Translations under genes and position numbers: made by a program
Shown: piece by piece, positions 27,001-34,905 of the stretch
Layout of the letters: every line of letters begins with the position of its first letter
Position numbering within the stretch: the first letter of the stretch is position 1
The notes under the pieces: model-generated
Told to the model about the DNA's origin: nothing
Databases searched by the model: none
What the model saw: the letters and a program-made list of their open reading frames with translations, nothing else
From: Stramenopiles sp. TOSAG23-6
Lineage: Eukaryota
DNA length: 43,188 nucleotides
Direction: 5' to 3'
Assembly (NCBI GenBank): GCA_900128565.1
Contig: LT635932.1
Location: forward strand, 1-43,188

Positions 27001-29594
27001 CACTAAGAAGCTGTTTGGCTCCTGATAACTGCGAAGCTGGACCCTTACGTGGAAATCTCACAAGCAATTGGCAAAATTGTAGAGAAGGCCATGAAGGTAT
27101 TCTATGTGGAATTTGTCAACTTGGATATGTTATGTCCGCAGATGGGGTTCATTGTACAAAATGCGAAGCACAATCTAAAAGTGCTAAAGGTAACACTTCG
27201 GGTATGATGCTGTTGTGTATAATATTTGGTATTTTTGCATACAGTACAATGCTTTGTATTATGACAAGAAAAGCGGATCAAGGTTATTATAATGAAAAAT
27301 ATATGAAACGCCTTACAAGTCTTCAATCTCGAGTAAGATTGGCAGCAAAACGAGCATCTTTATCGCATATTTTATCGATGGATGCAAAGACACATACAAA
27401 AGGACACTTACATATCGAAGACATGAGCCGTGAAAATATATTCGCTGAAAAGAGTCAAGCCAAACTACAAGAAAAGATGATGCTTATGGAAGCAAAAGCA
27501 CTTGTGAGGAAGAGGACCATGAGACAACTTGAAATAGAAAACATGGTCTCCTCAAAGAAAGGAACCAAAAAACTTATGCATGAATTGCACAGAAAGAATA
27601 AAATGGAGTTCGTGCTTAAGAAAGATTTAAAAGTTCGTAAAAGGTTGCATCACGTAAGTAATAAAGCTGCAGTAAAAGCCCAGCAATGGGCAGAGTTTGG
27701 GGCTACAATCAAACTCCTTATGAGCTACTTTCAAGTGCTATCTCAAATGCAACATTCTGGGGGTTCCGAATATCCACCAAATTTTATTGCATTTTGTGCA
27801 CAATTTGATATCATTAATTTTGATATCATGAAGTTTGCTACATTCATTGAACCTTGTGCATTCTCTACCGATTTTGCTACTTCATTTTATGCATACATGT
27901 GTGCGGTACCACTCGTATTGTTATGTACATTCACGGCTTTAAAGACTGCCCATACGATTAAACGTTTTGGTCAAGATCGAGTTAAATTTAATAGACTTAG
28001 CGCAGAAATGTATGCGTCAAGAATACTTATATTAGTAATATTCTGTATATATCCCGCTTTATCCGTTCGATGTTTTCGCGTGTATAACTGCTTTGAAGTT
28101 AATGGATCCAATTATTTAGTAGCAGATTTATCTGTCAGTTGTGATGACTCATCGTATAAAATGCTAACCATGGTGGCATTGTTATGCATATTTTTATACG
28201 TCATTGGCATTCCATTATTTGGTTTTCTTTGGCTATATCCAAAACGAGTATGGCTTGTAGCGGAAGATGAGATGGGCAACGAAATGCACGATGCGTTATT
28301 ACACCATAGAACATTAAGAGAAATGCATCATAAATTGACAAATGAGTATGGTTCGCTTTTTATGAGTTATCATCATAATTTATGGTGGTTTGAATTTTCA
28401 GAATTATTTCGGAAGGCAATGATGACAGGAATGCTCTCAGCTCTCCCCGGAGGTATATTTCGCAATTCCATTGCGGTTGTATTAGCTGTATTATTTTTCT
28501 GTTTTTGTGCTATTCTCAGTCCGTTTCGAATACCTTCTGACTTTCATTTACAACTGATCTTATTATTCGCGGTGACTATGACATTTTATTGTAATCTGTT
28601 GATTAGTGCAAATGCTTTTAAAAAGCACGAACATTTCTTACTTATGGGAGAGTTTCTTATTTGGGGAAATATTGTGATATTTTCATTTTCATTTTTTACA
28701 ATAGCTAGAATGTTACCAAAGTTTAGACATTTCGGCGATCACATTGAAAAGATGCTTAGTGAGGATGAAGATATCCTCGATTTGAATGAAAAATCTCAGT
28801 TGAATGAGCTATTTGCTCAGCGACATGAGCGAGCTAAATTGATTCACAAAAAACAGAAAGTAGAAGTAGTCAAAAGTTTTAAAGTTGCACCAGTCAATTC
28901 AGAAAATGAACACGAAGAGAGAGTTCAAGGTTTGACGGAAAAGTTTCTATACAAATTGAGGAGGAGAAAGACGAGAGAGCTTGCTGCGAAAAAAGCAAAA
29001 AAAGCCGCCAAGAAAAAAGCTAAGAAAGCTGCAAAGAAGGCTAAAAAGAAAGCCAGAAAAGAAGCAATGAGTTCTGGCTTTGTAGTTTCTGAAACTTCTG
29101 GTAATGACAAAAAAGCTAAAAAGGAAGCCAAGAAAAAGGCAAAGGCTATCAAGAAGGCCAAGAAAGCAGCAATGAGTTCTGGTGCTGAAGTTTCTGAAAT
29201 TACTGGCGATGATGTTATTAAAAAAACAAAAAAAGATAAAAAAGCTAAAAAGGCTGCAAAGAAACTGAAGGAAACTGAACTTCTCAATAACACGGACTCA
29301 CTCACCAAAGTTGGAGTAGCTATTGGTAATGATGGTGTGGTCAATAGTGAAGAGAAAATTCAAGAATCAAAGAAGCCAAAGAAAGCAAAGAAAGAGAAGA
29401 AGGCTAAAAAAGAGAAGAAGGCTAAAAAAGAGAAGAAGGCTAAAAAAGAAAAGAAAGCCGCGAAAGAGGCTAAGAAAGAAACTCCTGTGATTGATTTAAA
29501 TGTCCCTCCACCTCAGATTGATAAACGCGAAGTTTCCGAGTTTGAAAATGAATACTCAGAATCTGATGTAGAAAATCTTGAAAAGTGGGTGTGA
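44..29594 (+). CDS. Giant cysteine-rich multi-pass membrane/surface protein, >9,800 aa, 5'-incomplete; exons <44-234 and 332-29594
   Basis: The 9593-aa ORF (813-29594) stays open upstream in frame +3 to ~332 (YTNDSGKSDCIEC...). Frame +2 at 44-234 encodes the same CxxCPxGxY repeats. Domains read by eye: TNFR/GCC2_GCC3-like Cys repeats, PAN/Apple-like, EGF, FAMeT-like, glycine-rich (ALK/LTK-type), FN3-like (~17778-18080), CPxGxYC repeats, ~7-8 hydrophobic segments (27204-28715) and a Lys-rich tail. Confidence 0.9.
235..331 (+). other. Intron (97 nt), non-canonical GT...AT, family member A
   Basis: gtacgttttcat...ctaat...acatattt...atacat, with no AG inside. Removal gives CQNCPGGEYTNDSGKSDCIEC, matching the G-x-Y-x4-G-x3-C spacing of neighbouring repeats. 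Confidence 0.7.
2430..2910 (+). repeat. Two tandem PAN/Apple-like modules (intragenic duplication)
   Basis: YACG..TRFECQKECD..GISWN..CKLK..PDEGYFFQK and YACE..TRFDCQQMCD..GISWN..CKLK..PDEGYFLQK. Nucleotide identity is retained (ggtatctcctggaat, tgtaaactgaaaaa). Confidence 0.7.
13593..13760 (+). repeat. 84-bp (28-aa) tandem duplication within giant CDS
   Basis: YKFNKRIKEVCQKCIEENPDDPEECHCE / YKFNKQKKEVCQKCIEDNPDDSSECHCE. Confidence 0.9.
29388..29459 (+). repeat. 18-bp coding tandem repeat x4 (KKEKKA)
   Basis: aaaaaagagaagaaggct-like units within the Lys-rich tail. Confidence 0.85.
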
Positions 29595-29662
29595 ACTTAA
29601 GAGACATGGAGTATATTATATTATTCTAGCATGAAAATAAAAGATAGAAATTACTATACATG

Positions 29663-32236
29663 TCAATTTTTTAATTTTGCCGTTGCTACTGCCTTGGCTT
29701 CAGCATCCAATTTCTTATTAAGTGCTGCATAATCCACTGGCGTGCCACCACGTCGACGTTTTCTAGGTCTGCTATTTTCATCAGTATTTGTAATATTCAA
29801 TACAGGTACATTATCTGCACTTGTCTCTTGGACTATTTGTTTTGAACGTATACTTCTTTGTGTGATATTTTCTCTTTCATCTTCTTCATCTCGATGACGC
29901 CGAGGTTCTTCCTCAGCACGCCACATTTTCTCTCGACTTGCTGCTTCTGGTGAAGGATCCCATGTATACTTATAATCTGTTCTATGCATTGCTCGTACAT
30001 GAGCTGTTACACTTCTTGCAAATGGCGAAGCAGCACCAGAATGAACGCGGTATCCACCTTCAAGCACAGACACAACACGACCTTCGCAGCAAATATTCGC
30101 AATACTTTGAACATGCTCTGTAAACCACGCATAGTCTTCATCTTGCAAATTAATGAAATCATGATTGAGAGCATCTTGTTCATGAGCATCGAAACCTGCA
30201 GATATAATAATTAAATCAGGATTAAAGTTGAATAATGATGGTAAAACTTCATCACGCCATGCCTCACGCCAAGCCATTGCACTGTGTTTCGGTAAACCAA
30301 CATTGACAACATTACCGCCAATGTGTTTTGCACTATTTCCGGAACCTGGATAAAAATAAATTTCACCATCATCTCTATCCCGTGGCCCATATCCATGAAC
30401 AGATGCAAAAAACACATTTTCATGGTCTGTATCATTTCTCCAGGGTTTATATGATTCAAATGATATTTTACTACCATGTAACATACCTGCTCCAACCATT
30501 TTCATTTCAATTTCACGAACTTGTGGAGTGAGATTACGAACAATAGCTTCAGTACCATTCCCATGATGGACATCAAAATCTAATATTGCTACACGATCTA
30601 TCTGGTCTCTCAACACACACCGAGCATATGCTGCACCAACTGCTACATTATTAAATAAACAAAACCCATGGCTACCACAAGTATCATGCTCTGAGTTTTC
30701 AATACCTGAAGGACCAGCATGATGACCAGGTGGACGTGTCGCACAGAATGCGTTACGAGCTTTACCAGAACAAACCTGTTCAATGGCGTGACAAACAGCA
30801 CCTGCAGCATGAAGTGCAGCTTCAAAAGACTGTCTTGACAAAGTAGTATCAGAATCCAAATGAGCAATTTGAGACACATCATTTGCTGTTTTCAGATTAG
30901 AATCCTTTTTACTTTGTTTCTGTTTTGGATTAGTTTCAGAATCTGAATCACCAAATAATTTATTATCAAGGTTATCATCCTCTGATTCATCAGAATCTGA
31001 GATATTTTCCAAATCATCCAAAGTCACACCATTGGATTTAACTTTATTATTAGATTTATCATCAGAGTGATGTACAGGTAACGCATTACACATCTTCGCA
31101 ATATTAGAGACATAACCGTGATCGTGACAACGCATGACATCAACAATTGCACAACGAGGTGGATCTTCCATAATTACGAGACCATTTTCTCCCGAAAATT
31201 CTTTCGTCCTTAACACACCATTCATATCATCTAGTAGTACTTGAAGTCGACGAATATTTTCAGGTGGTGGATGTGGTCCACATCGTTTGTAGGCAGAATT
31301 TTCACAAGTATGATGTTGCTCACAGGTGGGATGAGTTACCACAAGTGTCTTCCTAAGTTGCTTCTTGGGGTTGCAGGTTTCTGCCCATTGAGCTGGCGTT
31401 TTGAGTGTATAATCAAGAATTTTATCATCCGCTTTGTTATCGTATAATATCTCAGCACATTTCCCAGTCATAGATGTACTTGCAGCAGCAAGATGAAGGG
31501 GTGTGCGTCCCATACGATTTTGTTCATCAACTTTTGCGCCGTGAGATAAAAGTATTTTCACAGTTTCTGGATGATTGAAACGACTCGCCATGTGTAATGC
31601 CGAACATCCATTTCTATCTAATGCATTGACAAGGAAAGATTTATCCTCGACAGAATTTATCAAAGCGGTGACACAACCTGAGAGACCTGCAGTAGCTGCA
31701 ACATGAAGAACTGTACGAGAGGCTCCGTCTCGTATTAAACTATGCACAGCGCCAATTCCACCACCCCCCGGCGGAGAAGCATATGCTACAGCTTTATACG
31801 TCAACAAAAGGGGAATAATATCACGCGTAAATTCAGTTCTTACTTCATCATTAAAGGTACCAGCAATTATAGCGAGGTGCAGAGGTGAACTACCGTGACA
31901 AAGTTTATTTACATTGGCACCAGCATGTACCAGTACCTTTACACATCCCGCATGACAACGCAGAAGCGCAATATGCAATGGGGAGCATCCAGATTTATCC
32001 CGCTTGTCCAAGTAGAAACCTCGGGATGTTGGATCCATTTCTCCATCCGCAAGTGCGTTCCTAATCACCGTCTGTAAAACTTCAAATTTACCAGATTCCG
32101 CGGCGTTGTGTAGGGCGAAAGCACCTTCTTCAGACTCAATTTCCATATCTGATTCAGGCATATCTTCTGGACAAAAATCATCTTCATCACTATCATCATC
32201 CGTCAAATTATCTTTGAAGAGATCAGCAAGCGACAT
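29663..32236 (-). CDS. Ankyrin-repeat histone deacetylase (class II-like Zn-dependent HDAC), ~857 aa, single exon
   Basis: N-terminal ankyrin repeats (SPLHIA, SPLHLA, TVLHVA, SALHMA, TPLHLA). HDAC motifs RPPGHH, GFCLFNN, DFDVHHGNGT, SAGFDA and LEGGY are all intact. First ATG is at 32236; the ORF track starts at a TTG. Confidence 0.92.
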   Translation of the reverse strand: MSLADLFKDNLTDDDSDEDDFCPEDMPESDMEIESEEGAFALHNAAESGKFEVLQTVIRNALADGEMDPTSRGFYLDKRDKSGCSPLHIALLRCHAGCVKVLVHAGANVNKLCHGSSPLHLAIIAGTFNDEVRTEFTRDIIPLLLTYKAVAYASPPGGGGIGAVHSLIRDGASRTVLHVAATAGLSGCVTALINSVEDKSFLVNALDRNGCSALHMASRFNHPETVKILLSHGAKVDEQNRMGRTPLHLAAASTSMTGKCAEILYDNKADDKILDYTLKTPAQWAETCNPKKQLRKTLVVTHPTCEQHHTCENSAYKRCGPHPPPENIRRLQVLLDDMNGVLRTKEFSGENGLVIMEDPPRCAIVDVMRCHDHGYVSNIAKMCNALPVHHSDDKSNNKVKSNGVTLDDLENISDSDESEDDNLDNKLFGDSDSETNPKQKQSKKDSNLKTANDVSQIAHLDSDTTLSRQSFEAALHAAGAVCHAIEQVCSGKARNAFCATRPPGHHAGPSGIENSEHDTCGSHGFCLFNNVAVGAAYARCVLRDQIDRVAILDFDVHHGNGTEAIVRNLTPQVREIEMKMVGAGMLHGSKISFESYKPWRNDTDHENVFFASVHGYGPRDRDDGEIYFYPGSGNSAKHIGGNVVNVGLPKHSAMAWREAWRDEVLPSLFNFNPDLIIISAGFDAHEQDALNHDFINLQDEDYAWFTEHVQSIANICCEGRVVSVLEGGYRVHSGAASPFARSVTAHVRAMHRTDYKYTWDPSPEAASREKMWRAEEEPRRHRDEEDERENITQRSIRSKQIVQETSADNVPVLNITNTDENSRPRKRRRGGTPVDYAALNKKLDAEAKAVATAKLKN

Positions 32237-32502
32237 TACAGCATACAATATTTGGTTTCCAATATGTTCCTCGGGATGCTTTTATGATGTGTGAATTTAT
32301 AATTTTCGATTCGATCAACTGAGAAACAAACCTGTTTGCGTTTTGACCGCGAGTCGTCGACTGACTTTGTTGTTTGCGTTTGCTACTTTTTATACAGTCA
32401 GTCCACACGAGGCACGAAGTGCACGACGTTGGTGCAGGATAAGGCGCATGTTCCGCGATTTCATCAGTTGTTTGCTCTATTCACTGTAGTATGTGTTGAA
32501 CT
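32237..32502. promoter_or_regulatory. Short divergent (likely bidirectional) promoter region between HDAC and GTPase
   Basis: 266 bp between head-to-head ATGs, relatively CpG-rich compared with the flanks. Positional inference only. Confidence 0.4.
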
Positions 32503-34535
32503 ATGTGGGCAACCCGGACTAGTTCCAGTTTATTCTATAGATCATTCAATTTAAGATCATGTAAAGATACAACAACTGCGAATTCCATAAGCGCTTTTGT
32601 TTGTAAGAATTTCTTCTCCTCGAAGGCAAAAAAACTTAGTCGTCATGTCTTTGAGACTTCCAGTGGTGTTTTTTCCAAAGTATTAGGTAATAACACATGT
32701 AGTGATTCTCTTGCCAATGGCAAGGAATACGATAGGATAAAGGACGTACCTGAATCTTTTAGACAGAAACTAAAGAAAGCTCCTGTGACTCCCGAGATAG
32801 CCAAAGAAATTGAGTTTCTGCGCGTTGGCCGTAGTCGAAATCGTCGTAAAAAATCGGATAGCCTCAAACAAGTTTCTCAGAGGAAGGACCTTTTATTAAA
32901 GCAGATGAATCTTCGTCCTAAACTAATTGTTTCTGCAGAAAACAGCAAAGAGTTTCCATGCGATGATGGCTCTAATTGTCGTGAAGTTGTATTTGCTGGA
33001 CGTTCCAATGTAGGAAAAAGTTCTCTTCTTAACGTCTTAACTGGGCGTCGCATTTCTGCCAAGGTTTCGGCCACACCGGGTGAAACTCGTGCTATTGACT
33101 TTTATAACTTAAAAAGTAATTATAATTTTTCAGAAAGAAAAAAGTATACTAGTACTAGTGTGTTGCTTCCTCGATTTGTTGATTTACCTGGATATGGTTT
33201 TGCGTATGCGTCTTNAAGTGNAAAAAAAAATNGGNAGNACTCATTTCATATTATTTCAATAATAGGAGTGTTTTAGATACAGTTTGTTTAGTGATAGACA
33301 GTCGTCATGGTTTAAAACACGCCGATAGAATCACTCTTGAACGTATTGATGCTCGTCTACAAGGAACTCGTGTTCTTCACCATAGAAATAATAACTCTTT
33401 ACGTGCTGTAAAGGAGCGTAGTCGTTTACGTGTCGATGTTATTGTAATTATGACAAAATCGGATCTAGTTGAGCAGGTACGTTCATCTTTCACACAATCA
33501 CGATGTATTCATTCGTTTTCATATATATTTTGAAATTTGTTTTTTTCAAAATATAATCTTTGTACAACGACACACTAGAGGTGAATTTCTTCAATGAGGA
33601 AACACTTATACCTTCACGACGGTCTAATGAGGCTTTGGTCTTTGATATTAGCCTTTCTCACCTGAGAAGAATTCCTCTAGGGTTAGGGTACTCGGTACTC
33701 ATTTTTTTTACATTATGTTTTCTTTACATGTTTTTTACAAGATTTGCCAATGATGATGAATTGTGTGTAAATATCATTTACCGATGATATAATGTGCATC
33801 ACAAAATCATTTCGGATTATCCTACTGAGGCATTTTCATGTTGTATCTAGTGTTCATTGATTTTGTGTTTTTTTCATTTTTATGCTGAATGATTATCGGA
33901 TTTTAACCATCTTTCGACTGACTTTGGGCTTTGCAACCCGTTTAATGTGATTACATATACGGTCCCAACATTCTGACAGTAATTCAAATGATTATTTTAC
34001 ATCAAACTATGAAACAAACAATGAGTTTTTTAAATTTTCACTTTTCGTATTATTTTTTTTTTCATTCTTTTCTTGTCCAATGACTACAAATAATCCGCTC
34101 TAGAATTAATCTGCAGTCTGCTTCGGCGATGACGACATTTGTACTTTACTACGGTTAATGAGGACAAATCTTTTGAAAAAATCTTTTTTTTTTTTTTGAC
34201 ATGAATGAAAACTAATTATATATCAATTATCTATGAATGAAAACTAATTATATATCAATTCATATATATAGTAATTAAAACAGAAGACATTAGCGAAAAT
34301 GAAATGGATTGTACAACAGGAACTGGATGGATTTTCACGGATTAGTAGTAGAATTTCACTTGTGAGTTCAAAATCACTTGCTGGAATTTCAGAACTTCGT
34401 GAAATTATATTTGGTNCNAAAATCANTCNAAAAAANAAANCCNTTACCAAATTATCAAAAATCATCAACGAGAAAAATCACTACAGTTTTACCGAGACGT
34501 GGAATGAAGCAAAGTTTTCAAGAAAGACGAAATAG
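32503..34535 (+). CDS. EngB/YihA/YsxC-family ribosome-biogenesis GTPase, probably organelle-targeted; exons 32503-33476 and 34284-~34535 (end may be 34671)
   Basis: G1 [10 protein letters not shown]2 TPGET, G3 DLPGYG, IDSRHG, G4 TKSD, and SSK in exon 2. A one-base shift in the N-containing patch (33214-33240) restores [24 protein letters not shown]. The Ser/Arg-rich N-terminus resembles a transit peptide. The C-terminal frame is uncertain because of Ns at 34416-34444. Confidence 0.85.
33588..33670 (+). ncRNA. Box C/D snoRNA, SNORD35/snR73-like (LSU rRNA guide)
   Basis: Box C ATGAGGA 33594-33600, D' ATGA 33627-33630, D CTGA 33662-33665. Terminal stem tcttc/gaaga extends to ctagag/ctctag. Guide tcacgacggtcta is complementary to conserved LSU TAGACCGTCGTGA. 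Confidence 0.85.
33745..33832 (+). ncRNA. Box C/D snoRNA, target not recognised
   Basis: Perfect box C ATGATGA 33750-33756, D CTGA 33825-33828, terminal stem tgcc/ggca; lies within the cluster. Confidence 0.65.
33883..33981 (+). ncRNA. Box C/D snoRNA, double LSU guide (snR39/snR59, SNORD32/51-like)
   Basis: Box C ATGATTA 33889, D' CTGA 33918, C' GTGATTA 33947, D CTGA 33973, stem tgctg/cagta. Guides accatctttcg and ggtcccaaca are complementary to LSU TGTTGGGACCCGAAAGATGGT. Confidence 0.85.
34073..34167 (+). ncRNA. Box C/D snoRNA, double SSU guide (SNORD45-like), degenerate boxes
   Basis: Stem ttgtcc/ggacaa, box C ATGACTA 34080, D' CTGC 34111, C' ATGACGA 34129, D ATGA 34158. The 12-nt guides gctctagaatta and ttactacggtta are complementary to 18S TAACCGTAGTAATTCTAGAGC. 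Confidence 0.8.
34201..34260 (+). repeat. 28-bp direct repeat (period 32) near intron 3' end
   Basis: atgaatgaaaactaattatatatcaatt at 34201-34228 and 34233-34260. Each copy contains a branch-site-like CTAAT. Confidence 0.9.
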
Positions 34536-34905
34536 TAGAAAACAAAACAGTAAGCGAAGTCTACGTGAGAAATCTTTAAGATGCGAAAAACAATATTATA
34601 AAGAAGCGGATGATTATGGCTCTGTAACTGGATATTCCTTAAACGCACGGAAGAAACGTAAAATGCGATGATGTATATGTTGTGTATCATTATAGATAAA
34701 TATAAACAAGAAAATAAAACTATAATTACTATATTGATTCATTATACCAAGAAATATTCTATCTGGACGAAATATTAGATTTATTGTTGAAAGTATTTCA
34801 AAAAAGTCTTTTTTCATCATCATTTTATTATACCCTGTGAAATATATTTTTACTCTTCTATGAATTCTATTCTATTCACCAGCTCATGTATAAAGAGCCT
34901 AGGTA

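Larger units (their letters stand above)
33477..34283 (+). other. Canonical GT-AG intron (807 nt), snoRNA host
   Basis: cag|gtacgt ... aaaacag|aag, phase 0, joins TKSDLVEQ to [14 protein letters not shown]. Confidence 0.85.

Noticed and set aside
589-27326. Numerous 60-210 aa alternative-frame and antisense ORFs within the giant gene
   Set aside because: Shadow ORFs with no recognisable motifs.
28925-29344. 139-aa hydrophobic antisense ORF
   Set aside because: It is a mirror of the Lys/Ala codon repeats on the + strand.
33214-33290. Apparent stop/frameshift or extra intron in the GTPase
   Set aside because: It coincides with several Ns, and a one-base shift restores typical EngB sequence. 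Treated as a sequencing error, not a pseudogene or recoding.
33560-33787. 75-aa ORF inside the GTPase intron
   Set aside because: It starts at TTG and overlaps snoRNAs and T-rich spacers.
33987-34024. ATGATTA...ATGA as a fifth snoRNA
   Set aside because: Too short (~40 nt), with no terminal stem or recognisable guide.
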